Source: Candidatus Latescibacterota bacterium (GTDB taxonomy: Bacteria; Latescibacterota; UBA2968; GCA-2709665). Taken from it: a stretch of 64,000 nucleotides of DNA. Made by a program: the position numbers and the translations under genes. Shown piece by piece: positions 37,694 to 47,976 of the stretch (position 1 is the first letter of the stretch; every line of letters starts with the position of its first letter). The DNA is taken from the NCBI GenBank assembly GCA_965219455.1, contig OZ244744.1:1184001-1248000 (forward strand), read 5' to 3'. The notes beneath the pieces are model-generated. The model was not told where the DNA came from, made no database searches, and was given only the letters and a program-made list of their open reading frames with translations.

Positions 37694-37772
37694 GGAGCGG
37701 CAAAGGGCGCACGGCTCCGCTCCCCATTCAGGCGGCGGCATCCGCCTGCCCGCAGCAGGCAGGCGGACCCAT

Positions 37773-38903
37773 TCAGCGCACCCGCTCGGCCCGAATGGCA
37801 TCCACGGCAAACGTGCCATTGGGACAATACACGGAAACAATCGCCTCCGGTCCAATCGCCTGGAGATCGATAACGACCCTTCTGCCCTCGATGCGAACCG
37901 AGACAATTCGCGCGGCCTTCAATGGAGACGGCTTGAGGCCGGGCGGGTTGTCCTGCGTACTGAAATACTCGATCCGCAGACGACACGGCCCCGGCGTCCT
38001 GATCGACCAGGTATGGAACCCGGGCGGATACGACCCCCCCAGGTAGTGGCCGCCCACGTAATCGGACCCGTTCGTCACCAGTCTCAGCACGTCGCTGTTA
38101 TTCCCGTCCACCTCGCCAACCCGCATCTCTTCCCGTTCCCTCAGGTCCGCGTCGACCGGATAGGAAACCGGATCCCGGTGTCCATAAGCGATCGGAAATG
38201 TCTCGGCCGCGTACTTCCCGTAAAGTTCCAGGATTGACGTCCTGTACACGTCCTTCAGATAATCCGCTTCCGCCGCCGCCACCCCATACGCCCGCACCGT
38301 ATCGTCGTACCGTCCGATCCAGGGACGTTCGACCACCTTGAAGGCCGTCCATTGGTCTGGCGCCATAACCAGATCGTAGAAGGACGCAATTTCCCCAGTG
38401 CCGTCGTACTGCTCCTTCGAATAGAAGAAGAGACCGAACGTGGGGTCCAGCAAGTGCCATTTCCCGTCGTAATACACCTCGCTGATGGCATGGCTGCCCA
38501 TGATCGGACGGAGATTGAACGCGCCGATATACCGGGAAGGCAGCCCGACCATCCGGCAAAGGACCCGGTGTACGTGCGAGAGCCCGCCGCAGATCGCATA
38601 GCCCTCCCTGATTATCTTCGTGGCGGACCCGCCGTTGTTTTTCAGTTCGAGCGCCGATGACGCGTAACGCAGAATCGCGATCCCCTTCTGCTCGTCCGTC
38701 AGCCCCTCGGTTCCTTCGGGGAAGATGCTGCGCAGCACCTCCTCCAGGAATTCCTTGTCCTCGTCGGATGAAATCTTCAGATCTTCCGGTCCGGGCATCG
38801 TACGAAAGGGCAGGACTGGATCGTTCCGCTCAGACGCGATGGCCGCTGCGGGAACCAGCAACACGGCCAGAAAAACCGGCGTTATCAGAAATACCGAAAC
38901 CAT
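37773..38903 (-). CDS. Secreted transglutaminase-like domain protein
   Basis: Signal peptide; triad GYAICGG / SHAISEVY / WHLLDPT. Confidence 0.8.
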   Translation of the reverse strand: MVSVFLITPVFLAVLLVPAAAIASERNDPVLPFRTMPGPEDLKISSDEDKEFLEEVLRSIFPEGTEGLTDEQKGIAILRYASSALELKNNGGSATKIIREGYAICGGLSHVHRVLCRMVGLPSRYIGAFNLRPIMGSHAISEVYYDGKWHLLDPTFGLFFYSKEQYDGTGEIASFYDLVMAPDQWTAFKVVERPWIGRYDDTVRAYGVAAAEADYLKDVYRTSILELYGKYAAETFPIAYGHRDPVSYPVDADLREREEMRVGEVDGNNSDVLRLVTNGSDYVGGHYLGGSYPPGFHTWSIRTPGPCRLRIEYFSTQDNPPGLKPSPLKAARIVSVRIEGRRVVIDLQAIGPEAIVSVYCPNGTFAVDAIRAERVR

Positions 38904-39010
38904 TGTAAGCCTCCATTCGAATCCAACACCAATTTTAGGCAAAGATACGCACGGTCCTGCGAAACAGCAAGCCGCGTGAAGCCGATCCTCCCTTCTCCGA
39001 TGGAATCCGC

Positions 39011-39039
39011 TTGACAGAAATGGCCCCCGCCGGTAACTT
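39011..39039 (+). promoter_or_regulatory. Putative sigma70 promoter of pyrC-carA
   Basis: TTGACA-N17-TAACTT. Confidence 0.6.
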
Positions 39040-39078
39040 TGCATTCAAAATTCACGAGCGCCGCAACCCCGTCCCCTC

Positions 39079-40398
39079 ATGAGCCAGGCCACCCCGATTC
39101 TCCTTCAATACGGGCGGATGATCGATCCCGCCAACGCACTTGACGCGCCCGCAGACCTTCTGATCCGGAGCGGCCGCATCGACCGTATTGCCGCAGGAAT
39201 CGAACCCCCGGTCGACGCCCACGTCATCGACGTTTCCGGATGCCTGGTCGTCCCCGGACTCATCGACATGCACGTCCATCTGCGGGATCCGGGGTTTCCG
39301 GAGAAGGAAACCGTGGAAACCGGGTGCCGGGCCGCGGCTGCCGGGGGGTTTACCGCAGTGGCCTGCCTGCCCAATACCGACCCTCCAATCGATACCCCCG
39401 AAGCCATCGAATACATCCTGAATAAGGCCGAACAGGCGGATGCCCGGGTCTATCCGATCGCTTGCGCGACAAAAGGGATGCAAGGCGGGGAACTCACGAA
39501 GATCGAGGCGCTGCTGGATGCCGGCGCCGTCGGATTCTCCGACGACGGTCTGCCAATAGAGTCCGATGCCGTCATGCGCGATCTCCTGCGCCGGTCCGAA
39601 CGACACGGATTTCCGGTCTGCCCGCACACCGAGGTGTTCGCGCTCACAAGAGGCGGGCACATGCACGAAGGCGCCGTATCACGCGAACTGGGTATCGGGG
39701 GCATGCCGGCCGAGGGCGAGGCCGCCATGGTCGAGCGCGATATCAACCTGATGCGTTCGGTCGGCGGTCGCCTGCACATCCTCCACATTAGTGTTCGCCG
39801 CGCCGTGGAACTCGTGCGAGAGGCCAAGTCCGAGTGCCTGGCCGTTACCTGCGAAGCCACACCCCACCACGTCGCGCTCACGGACGAAGACGTGCGCGTT
39901 TACGGTACGCAGGGCAAGATGAGCCCTCCCCTGCGCTCGGCCGACGATCGCGTTGCCCTGCTGGAAGGCCTGGCCGACGGCACCATAGACGCACTTGCCA
40001 CAGACCACGCGCCGCACACCGACCTGGAAAAGCTCCAGCGCTTCCCCGAAGCGCCCAACGGAATTCTGGGGCTGGAAACCGCCGTGGGGACCCTTCTTAC
40101 CCACCTGGTTGAGCCCGGCATCCTTCCGGTATCCGAAGTTATCCGCAAACTCACCGCGATACCGGCCCGGATCCTGGGGATACCCGGCGGTACCCTCTCT
40201 CCCGGCGCGGCGGGAGACGTCACCGTCATCGATCCATCGCATACCTGGACCGTTGACGCCCACGCGTTCCGTTCCAGGTCCCGGAACACGCCCTTTCACG
40301 GGCACACCCTGACGGGCAGAGCCGTACTGACCATCCTGGGCGGACGGGTGACGCACCGGGCCGGGGACGACGACGATCCACCGGCAGGCACCGCGTGA
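39079..40398 (+). CDS. pyrC: Dihydroorotase
   Basis: PGLIDMHVHLRDPG, GFSDDG, ATDHAPH; next to carA. Confidence 0.93.
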   Translation: MSQATPILLQYGRMIDPANALDAPADLLIRSGRIDRIAAGIEPPVDAHVIDVSGCLVVPGLIDMHVHLRDPGFPEKETVETGCRAAAAGGFTAVACLPNTDPPIDTPEAIEYILNKAEQADARVYPIACATKGMQGGELTKIEALLDAGAVGFSDDGLPIESDAVMRDLLRRSERHGFPVCPHTEVFALTRGGHMHEGAVSRELGIGGMPAEGEAAMVERDINLMRSVGGRLHILHISVRRAVELVREAKSECLAVTCEATPHHVALTDEDVRVYGTQGKMSPPLRSADDRVALLEGLADGTIDALATDHAPHTDLEKLQRFPEAPNGILGLETAVGTLLTHLVEPGILPVSEVIRKLTAIPARILGIPGGTLSPGAAGDVTVIDPSHTWTVDAHAFRSRSRNTPFHGHTLTGRAVLTILGGRVTHRAGDDDDPPAGTA

Positions 40399-40480
40399 CC
40401 CGCACAATTCATGCGGAATGCAACACCCGCGACCTTTTTCAAACATGCCTACCAACACGCCTCAGGAGTGATCACCATCC

Positions 40481-41602
40481 ATGAAAGCCATACTTGCCCT
40501 GGAAGACGGCACCTGCTACGAGGGAGAGTCCTTCGGTGCGCCCGGTGAATGCAAGGGCGAGGTCGTGTTCAACACCAGCATCACCGGCTATCAGGAAATT
40601 CTCACCGATCCCTCCTACAAAGGTCAAATTGTCACGATGACCTACCCGCTTATCGGAAACTACGGCGTCAATCCGGACGACGTCGAGTCCGGGCGGCCCC
40701 AGGTGGAAGGATTCGTCGTCAGGGAATACTGCGAACTGCCCAGCAACTGGCGTTCGTGCGAATCCCTGGGCAACTACCTGAAACGCCACGACATCCTGGG
40801 CATACAGGGTATCGACACCCGGGCGCTCACGCGGCGCATCCGCACCGAAGGCGCCATGAAAAGCGTCCTCTCCACCCTGGACCAGGACCGGGACAGCCTG
40901 GTCGAAAAGGCCCGGAAGTCGCCCGGTATGATGGGACGGGACCTTGCCCGCGCCGCCAGTTGCAGCGAACCCTACCGCTGGACCGAGGGCCTGTTCGACT
41001 ACAAGAATGGCCGGGCGGATACGCCCCAGAAAGACGCCCGTTTCCGTGTGGCCGTCTATGATTTCGGCGTCAAGTGGAACATCCTTCGGTACCTCGTCAG
41101 CCGCGGCTGCGACGTCACTGTTTTTCCTGCTGACGCGCCGCCGGATCAACTGCTCGAAATCGACCCGGACGGAATCTTCCTGTCGAACGGACCCGGAGAC
41201 CCCGAGCCACTCACCTATGCGGTGGAGAACATCCGACAGCTCATGCACGTCAAACCCACCTTCGGCATCTGCCTTGGCCATCAGCTTCTCGGTCTGGCCC
41301 TTGGCGGACGGACGTACAAACTGAAATTCGGTCACCGCGGCGCCAACCAGCCTGTCAGAGAACTGGATACCGGCAAGGTGGAAATAACGTCTCAGAACCA
41401 CGGGTTCGCCGTCAACGCGGATTCGCTGGACCACCGTGAAGTTGAAGTTACCCACATCAACCTGAACGACAACACCCTGGAAGGGTTGAGACACAAGCGC
41501 CTGCCCATCTTCTGCGTACAATATCACCCGGAAGCATCCGCAGGCCCGCACGATGCCGAATACCTCTTCGATCGGTTTGTGGAACTTATGGAAGAGGCGT
41601 AG
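40481..41602 (+). CDS. carA: Carbamoyl-phosphate synthase small subunit
   Basis: [47 protein letters not shown]. Confidence 0.97.
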   Translation: MKAILALEDGTCYEGESFGAPGECKGEVVFNTSITGYQEILTDPSYKGQIVTMTYPLIGNYGVNPDDVESGRPQVEGFVVREYCELPSNWRSCESLGNYLKRHDILGIQGIDTRALTRRIRTEGAMKSVLSTLDQDRDSLVEKARKSPGMMGRDLARAASCSEPYRWTEGLFDYKNGRADTPQKDARFRVAVYDFGVKWNILRYLVSRGCDVTVFPADAPPDQLLEIDPDGIFLSNGPGDPEPLTYAVENIRQLMHVKPTFGICLGHQLLGLALGGRTYKLKFGHRGANQPVRELDTGKVEITSQNHGFAVNADSLDHREVEVTHINLNDNTLEGLRHKRLPIFCVQYHPEASAGPHDAEYLFDRFVELMEEA

Positions 41603-41787
41603 ACGATCCGCCCGCTGATGTTCAGGCGCCTATGCTCGAAGGACAAGGCGGGTCATTTTCAGCAGGCGCGCGGCAAGCGGGGAACCGGGCCGTTTCATCG
41701 GCGCGGCAATGCCGGCAGACGGATTATGGAACGATTTTCACCCCTCAAACGTCCAACGTGTGGAATGCTGATTGGCGTCGATAGCCC

Positions 41788-41816
41788 TTGACAAGCAAAT
41801 ATTATTGTCGTATTCT
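41788..41816 (+). promoter_or_regulatory. Putative sigma70 promoter
   Basis: TTGACA-N17-TATTCT. Confidence 0.65.
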
Positions 41817-41868
41817 TTGTTGCAATCGCCGGATACGATTCAGGCCGGGAATGCAGGAGGATGACCAA

Positions 41869-42345
41869 ATGAAAATGCTTACGGCTGCACTGGCAGTCTT
41901 CGTTCTGACTTTCTCTCTCGCCTCTGCGGAAGTGCAGGTTCAGCCCCAGCCAGCGAACCTTTCCGCCCTGAAAGCAATCGATTTTACGCCCAAACCCTTC
42001 GGGCTGGGCGAAAAGTTCAAAGGCCTGTTCGAGTCTGGCAGGCTATCGTCCAAGAACACGGTCGGATTCAAATTCCGTTCAGGTGCCTTCGGTGGCGCAA
42101 GCCAGTACTATCTGAATACCATCAGCTACCGCGCAAATTCGAAGACGCCCCTGATGTTCGAGGCGCAGGTCGGCCTCGAACACGTGCTTCAGGGCAACTC
42201 CGCCTTCGGATCCTCTCTGGGTAACAACACGAAGCTTGTCATTCCATACGTGGGCATGTTTTACCAACCCAGGGAAAATATCCAAATCGAAATTCAGTTC
42301 AGAAATTCCCCCTACTATCGATCCGGAGGCAGATATCGATATTGA
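41869..42345 (+). CDS. Secreted hypothetical protein (beta-rich)
   Basis: AGGAGG RBS; signal peptide MKMLTAALAVFVLTFSLASA. Confidence 0.75.
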   Translation: MKMLTAALAVFVLTFSLASAEVQVQPQPANLSALKAIDFTPKPFGLGEKFKGLFESGRLSSKNTVGFKFRSGAFGGASQYYLNTISYRANSKTPLMFEAQVGLEHVLQGNSAFGSSLGNNTKLVIPYVGMFYQPRENIQIEIQFRNSPYYRSGGRYRY

Positions 42346-42420
42346 GATTCGTCTTCGGGTCACTCCTTCATACGGGACACTGCCCGGGCAGTGTCCCGTT
42401 CCGTTTTTCGGGCATAACAG

Positions 42421-42978
42421 ATGTCACGAAAAATCGTAATGCTTGTTCTGGCGGCGTTGACCTTTGCAACGCTCGTCGTCCTCGACATCCAGAGACGGCT
42501 GCCGTCGGGACCCCCTCCGGCCGAACCGAAATCGGAACCTGTCGCCGGGCCGAAGCCTGAACCTCCTGCCAGAGCGAAGCCTGAACTTTCCGCCGAACCG
42601 AAGCCGGAACCGCTCGCCGGACCAAAGCCGGATTCGTTCAAAGTAATCCGTATCGAAGTGCTCAACGGCTGCGGCGTTGCCGGCGCTGCGGAAAAAGTGG
42701 GGCGTCATCTGCGAAATGCGGGTTTCGACGTCATGACGTGGAAGAACGCCGATAGCTTCAACTATCCCGAAACCATCGTCATCGATCGGACGGGCACCCT
42801 TGAAAACGCCCGCAGAGTGGCCAGCGCCATGGGACTTCGGACGCATATTCAACAGATCGTCCAGGACCCTTATCGCATCGAACAGGTCGCGGTCATTGTA
42901 GGCAGGGATTGTGACCGTCTGGGTGTCTTCTCTCGCGATCGGCCGCGACAGTATCGGCAGACTCGGCACGCCCAATAA
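42421..42978 (+). CDS. Membrane-anchored LytR C-terminal domain protein with a Pro-rich repeat linker
   Basis: N-terminal TM helix; IEVLNGCGVAGAA; VIVGRD. Confidence 0.85.
   Translation: MSRKIVMLVLAALTFATLVVLDIQRRLPSGPPPAEPKSEPVAGPKPEPPARAKPELSAEPKPEPLAGPKPDSFKVIRIEVLNGCGVAGAAEKVGRHLRNAGFDVMTWKNADSFNYPETIVIDRTGTLENARRVASAMGLRTHIQQIVQDPYRIEQVAVIVGRDCDRLGVFSRDRPRQYRQTRHAQ
42520..42633 (+). repeat. About five imperfect 24-nt tandem repeats (8-aa AxPKPEPx units)
   Basis: GCCGAACCGAAATCGGAACCTGTC / GCCGGGCCGAAGCCTGAACCTCCT / GCCAGAGCGAAGCCTGAACTTTCC / GCCGAACCGAAGCCGGAACCGCTC / partial. Confidence 0.85.
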
Positions 42979-43016
42979 ACGTGAGTCGTTCAATCCCGCC
43001 ACGGAATGGAACCACC

Positions 43017-43397
43017 TTGTCCAATCAGATACACGAAATACTGGACCTCAGCATCGAATGCCTTCAGTCCCGAAAAGGCGAAGACCTTCTTCTGATCGAT
43101 CTGCGCACGATCTCCGACGTCGCGGATTTCTTTCTCATCTGCACGGGCAATTCGGACGTACACGTCAAAGCCCTCGCAGACGGGTTGCAGGAAGGCACGA
43201 AAGCGGCGGGCCACCGGCCGTGGCATATTGAGGGCCAGGAATCACGCACGTGGATTCTGTTCGACTATATCGACGTGATCGTACACATCTTCCAGCCAAA
43301 GGCGCGGGCATTCTACCGCCTCGAACGCCTCTGGGGCGACGCCCCATCGGAACGGATCGAAGAAGATCCCTCACTCGCGGAAACATCTTCTCTTTGA
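43017..43397 (+). CDS. rsfS: Ribosome silencing factor
   Basis: KGEDL..ID, ADFFLICTG, WILFDYIDVIVHIF, FYRLERLWGDA; start codon uncertain. Confidence 0.93.
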   Translation: MSNQIHEILDLSIECLQSRKGEDLLLIDLRTISDVADFFLICTGNSDVHVKALADGLQEGTKAAGHRPWHIEGQESRTWILFDYIDVIVHIFQPKARAFYRLERLWGDAPSERIEEDPSLAETSSL

Positions 43398-43451
43398 AGG
43401 CCGTGCGGATCATCTTTAGAAGCTGTCTTAAACACCTGACGGACCTGACCG

Positions 43452-44495
43452 ATGCCCGTTCCAACCATCACCTGGGAAAACGACTCCCTTCGGCTGATCG
43501 ATCAGACATTTCTTCCTGAACGTTATGTTCGGATCGACTGCGGAGACGTGGAAGCCGTTGCCGAAGCCATTGAGAGCCTTCGGGTCCGGGGCGCCCCGGC
43601 CATCGGCGTGGCCGCGGCGTACGGCGTCGTTGTCGGCGCCGGGGAAGCCCTGGCCTCTGGAGCCGATATCGTTTCCGGGGCAAGGGAGGCAATCGCGAGA
43701 CTTTCCCGCACCCGGCCCACGGCGGTAAACCTCTTCTGGGCACTCGAGCGGATGGGCAGACGGCTCGACGAAGTCGCCCACCAACAAGCCGCCACGGCGA
43801 TTCGAGATCGGCTGCTGCAGGAAGCGCACGAAATCTTCGAGGAAGACCGGAGAGTCTGCCGGCAGATCGGAAAGAACGGCGCCGAACTGCTCAATCACAA
43901 TGCCACCGTACTCACCCATTGCAACGCGGGTGCCCTGGCTACCGCAGATTACGGTACGGCGCTGGCCGTAGTATATGCAGCCGTCGAAGCCGGGAAACAG
44001 GTCGCCGTCTTTGCCGATGAAACCCGCCCCCTGCTGCAGGGGTCGCGGCTCACGGCGTGGGAACTCCGGCAAAGCGGGGTCGACGTTACGGTGATCTGCG
44101 ACAGCATGGCGGCGTCGGTCCTGAGGCAGAAGAACATCGACAGCGTCATCGTAGGCGCCGACCGCATTGCCGCCAACGGCGACGTGGCCAACAAAATCGG
44201 CACCTACGGGCTGGCCATCCTGGCAAGGGAACACAACGTTCCCCTCTACGTCGCGGCCCCGCTTTCCACCATCGACATGTCCCTCTCCCGCGGGGAGGAA
44301 ATTCCCATCGAAGAACGCGGTCCGGAAGAAATCACCCGCGGCATGGGCAGGCAAACCGCCCCGGGAGGCGTCAACGTTTACAATCCGGCCTTCGACGTCA
44401 CGCCCCAGCGGCTGGTCTCGGCCATCGTCACGGAGAAGGGCGTGGCGCAATCGCCCTACGGACCCACCTTCCGCGCCTGGTTCCAGGCCGAGTAA
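43452..44495 (+). CDS. mtnA: S-methyl-5-thioribose-1-phosphate isomerase
   Basis: VRGAPAIG, RPTAVNL, THCNAGALAT, ETRPLLQGSRLTAWEL, NPAFDVTP. Confidence 0.96.
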   Translation: MPVPTITWENDSLRLIDQTFLPERYVRIDCGDVEAVAEAIESLRVRGAPAIGVAAAYGVVVGAGEALASGADIVSGAREAIARLSRTRPTAVNLFWALERMGRRLDEVAHQQAATAIRDRLLQEAHEIFEEDRRVCRQIGKNGAELLNHNATVLTHCNAGALATADYGTALAVVYAAVEAGKQVAVFADETRPLLQGSRLTAWELRQSGVDVTVICDSMAASVLRQKNIDSVIVGADRIAANGDVANKIGTYGLAILAREHNVPLYVAAPLSTIDMSLSRGEEIPIEERGPEEITRGMGRQTAPGGVNVYNPAFDVTPQRLVSAIVTEKGVAQSPYGPTFRAWFQAE

Positions 44496-44680
44496 TTCAT
44501 CGATGTAAACACACCGGGAATCGGTATACCCTGGTTGTCAATCGTTCCCGCTTCGCTCCGGTGACCCCTCCCCGACGCCTGGAAGCAGCACGAGCGGCTT
44601 TCAGTAATCAGCCCTTAGCTTGATGCAAAAAAGCCGATAATCAACATCCACATCTCCCCAAATTCCCTGCCTACGGCGTG

Positions 44681-44732
44681 TTCCTTTTGAAGCGACCAAA
44701 AGGAACCAAAAGTCGCCGCCAGGCGCGGGGCC
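44681..44732 (+). repeat. Divergent copy C of the structured repeat core
   Basis: TTCCTTTTG-AAGCGAC-CAAAAGGAA-CCAAAA-GTCGC-CGCCAGGCGCGGGGCC has the same architecture as copies A and B. Confidence 0.6.
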
Positions 44733-44953
44733 TGCCATATGCACAGCGCGAATCGCCTTACAGGCTGTACAGGATCCGCTGCCCTTCCATCCACGGCGTA
44801 ATTCGGCGTCCTCAGTGGGACGGATCAGCGCGCTCTGCTCTGTTAGTGCTCCGGCTGGGCATCGTGACAGACAGCTGTGGGGCTATTTGAGTACAAACAG
44901 CAAATAGCGGTCAGTTAAAGCCGGTTGGCGAAGACGCACGGCAGTGGGTTTTT

Positions 44954-44981
44954 GTAGGGGCGACCGGCCGGTCGCCCCTAC
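44954..44981. repeat. Perfect 28-bp GTAG-type REP palindrome
   Basis: GTAGGGGCGACCGGCCGGTCGCCCCTAC. Confidence 0.85.
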
Positions 44982-45083
44982 CTATACAGTGCGCCAATAC
45001 CAAGGCATCCACGAGGGTTACGCCAGCAATAATCGACCACGGCGCAGCGAAGGCAAGATGCCCTTGCTGTTCTGGGTTGCAGG

Positions 45084-45349
45084 AATCAACCTTCAGCGGC
45101 ACAGCGGTAGATCTACCCAACGGTCTTTGTGGTAGGCCGTAACCGCCGTCCGGTGGTGATGGGGGTTTTTCCGCGTAGATCCGTTCAGCAAGGGCGTTCT
45201 AGAAGGCCTGCATCGTCAGCAGGGTACCAAGGTTCGTCTGTGCCACTGAGGTGATTTGCGGAAAAACCGGCCCCGCGCCGAGCGGCGCCCTTCTTTTTCG
45301 CCCTTTTTCTTGGGCGATGCAAGAAAAAGGGCAAGGGAATAGGGGACGT
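45084..45349 (-). repeat. Dispersed structured repeat, copy B
   Basis: Inverted copy of 1409-1665. Confidence 0.85.
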
Positions 45350-45527
45350 TAGGGAGTGGTGGAACTTATACCTCACAGGTAGCGAAACACTGGCATTTCG
45401 ACAAGCTTGCTTCGACAGGCCACTTCGACAAGCTCAGTGCAGGCAGCACAGGCAACGACCACGTTTCGGTAGGCGCGTTTTGACAGGCAGACAGGAAAGA
45501 ATGGTGACATAATTCCGGTACTGGGCG

Positions 45528-46895
45528 CTACCGCCACAGGTTAACACCCTCGCAACCGAAGGCCGGCAGCAACACAAAATGATCCCCGGTCTCAACCAGG
45601 CGTTCTCTGAGAGGCCTGTGGTGCCGCGCAATCTCGTCCTGGAAGTCCGGGTGATCGATCAGATTCCGGCGTTCATACGGATCGGCGTCCAGATCAAAAA
45701 ACTGCCATGCGCCCGCGCCCATTTTATCTCCCCGGACGGTATACTTGCAGCGCCGGCTGCGAAACGCGCGCCACACCCACTGGTTGAACGCCATCCCCTT
45801 GCGGAGTTCGGCCACGAATTCCAGCAGAACGCCTTCACGATCCAGCGTGTCGATCTCACCGTGTATCAACGCCGACAGATCCGTCCCCATCAGATGCTCT
45901 CCGGGCGCCAGCCCCGCCAGACCCAGTAGCGTGGGGAAGAAATCCTCCGTGCAGATCGGATCCTCGATCGCCGCGCCCGCCCGGGACGTGAACCGGGGGT
46001 CGTAGACGATCGCCGGAACGCCTACCGACTCCTCGTACGGCCACTGCTTCCCTCTCAAACCGTGGCTGCCGCCCAGTTCGCCATGATCCGACACGAACAT
46101 CACCACGGTATTCTCCGCCAGCCCCTGCGCCTCCAGAAAGTCCGTCATCCGCTTCACGTTGGCGTCGAGATTCTCCACCATCGCGTAATAACGCTTTCGA
46201 TCCAGCACCAATGCCTCGCGCTTCGCGTCGTCGGGCGCCTCGAAATTGGGCGGCATTTCAATCTCCCTGGCTTCCCACGCCGCCTGGATATCGGGCGGCG
46301 CTTCGAACGGATCGTGCGGGGGCTCGACCGAAATTACCATACAGAACGGCCTGGACGGATCCCGTTCGCCGGCGAGGTAGTCCATTCCGATATCGTACAA
46401 CCCGTCTGTCTGGTAGCCCTGGATAGGCCTCGGCACCGGATCGTCGTCCTCGAAATAATACGTGTCGAAGGGCGCGTTCCTGAGCTCGAATCCGAACCAC
46501 TTCTCCCAGCGGCCCTGATACGCCCGGGGTACCGGTGTACGGCCGCATTCAAGCGCGGAACCCATCCTCCCGTGACCGCCGTCCAGGTGCCACTTGCCCA
46601 CGTAGACCGTTTCGTACCCTGCCTCGTTGAACGCGTCGGCCAACGTGTATTCGGCGGGTGACATACGGTACTCAATGCCAGGGACCTTTCGGCTGTGCGC
46701 ATACTCCCCGGTCATGAACGTAAAACGGAACGGCACGCATATCGGATAGGTTGAACAGGCGTTTGAGAATCTGACGCCCCTGGTTGCCAGCGCGTCGATA
46801 TGCGGCGTCTGCAGGTTCACGTCGCCGTGAATCGAAAGCGCATCGCGACGAAGCTGATCGCACATCAGTACCAGAATATTGGGCTTTTCGGACAT
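45528..46895 (-). CDS. Formylglycine-dependent sulfatase
   Basis: KPNILVLMCDQ, CVPFR (CxPxR), GKWHL, SDHG, DPYERRNL. Confidence 0.93.
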   Translation of the reverse strand: MSEKPNILVLMCDQLRRDALSIHGDVNLQTPHIDALATRGVRFSNACSTYPICVPFRFTFMTGEYAHSRKVPGIEYRMSPAEYTLADAFNEAGYETVYVGKWHLDGGHGRMGSALECGRTPVPRAYQGRWEKWFGFELRNAPFDTYYFEDDDPVPRPIQGYQTDGLYDIGMDYLAGERDPSRPFCMVISVEPPHDPFEAPPDIQAAWEAREIEMPPNFEAPDDAKREALVLDRKRYYAMVENLDANVKRMTDFLEAQGLAENTVVMFVSDHGELGGSHGLRGKQWPYEESVGVPAIVYDPRFTSRAGAAIEDPICTEDFFPTLLGLAGLAPGEHLMGTDLSALIHGEIDTLDREGVLLEFVAELRKGMAFNQWVWRAFRSRRCKYTVRGDKMGAGAWQFFDLDADPYERRNLIDHPDFQDEIARHHRPLRERLVETGDHFVLLPAFGCEGVNLWR

Positions 46896-47001
46896 CACGA
46901 CGCCTTTCCAACAATTGCGGATCACACCGCCGACGCAGCCACGCCCCCGATACGTTCGTTCCAGGTCCGCCCGGCAAACGGCCTCCGGCTGCGCATTGAA
47001 A

Positions 47002-47976
47002 TCACCCGCCGGCCCCCCTGTATTCCGGATTCACCAGGTTCTCGGGATCATCTCCCTGCAGGACCCTGCAGGTCTCCACAGCAGCACGTTCCCTCAGTTC
47101 GATCAGGGATTCTGCCGAATAAAACGCCGCATGTGGCGTATGGATCACCTGGGGCATCCCGATAAGCCGGTCGCCCGCGCCCGGCGGCTCCTTTGCACGG
47201 ACATCCAGGGCGGCCCCCGCGATCTCGTCCGCCGCCAGCGCGTCCGCCAACGCGGTCTCGTCCACAATATCGCCTCGCGACGTATTAATCAGACAGGCCG
47301 TGGGTTTCATCTTTCGCAGGGCGTCCGCGTCGATCAGTCCCCGCGTCGTTTCCGAGGAAGGACAATGGATCGAAACATAATCCGCGGTCTCCAACAACAC
47401 ATCCAGCGTCACGGCCTCGACGCCTCCGGCCGCCGTGGTCCCGGGCGTCAGTGACGGGGCGGTCGTCAGAACGCGAAGCCCGAATGCCGCCGCGCGGTCC
47501 GCGACCTCCCGGGCGATGCGTCCGAAACCGATCAGCCCCAGCGTCCGCCCGGTCAGGCGATTCAGCGGCAAACAGGCCTGGATATCCCAAACATCCCCGC
47601 GAACCGTCCGGTCAAATCTCGCCACCTTGCGCGAAAGCGCCAACAACAGCGCCATCGCATGCTCCGCCACGTCCACCATACAATAGTCCGGCACGTATGC
47701 CACCGGTATCTTCTGCGCGGTTGCGTAGGCCACGTCTATATTGTCCAACCCCACCCCGTAACGCGTCACCACCTTCAGATCCGGCAGCGCGGCCTGAATG
47801 ACCCGCCTCGTGGTCTGGGCCCAGCAGGTCATAATGCCACTGACGCCCGCTGCCAGCCGCGCCAGCGTCTCTTCGTTTCCATCCGGCGCGGCCACCAGCT
47901 CGACCCCGATCTCTTCCAGGACGTTTTTTTCCACAGCGAGGTCGGCCCACGCATAGTCCGTTACCAGGACCCGCAT
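47002..47976 (-). CDS. D-2-hydroxyacid dehydrogenase (CtBP-like)
   Basis: RYGVGLDNID, VPDYC, GFGRIA, NTSRG, TPHAAFYS. Confidence 0.92.
   Translation of the reverse strand: MRVLVTDYAWADLAVEKNVLEEIGVELVAAPDGNEETLARLAAGVSGIMTCWAQTTRRVIQAALPDLKVVTRYGVGLDNIDVAYATAQKIPVAYVPDYCMVDVAEHAMALLLALSRKVARFDRTVRGDVWDIQACLPLNRLTGRTLGLIGFGRIAREVADRAAAFGLRVLTTAPSLTPGTTAAGGVEAVTLDVLLETADYVSIHCPSSETTRGLIDADALRKMKPTACLINTSRGDIVDETALADALAADEIAGAALDVRAKEPPGAGDRLIGMPQVIHTPHAAFYSAESLIELRERAAVETCRVLQGDDPENLVNPEYRGAGG

Noticed and set aside
42520-42633. Regular 24-nt repeats as a possible CRISPR array
   Set aside because: No spacers; they are in-frame coding repeats forming a Pro-rich linker; no cas genes in the window.
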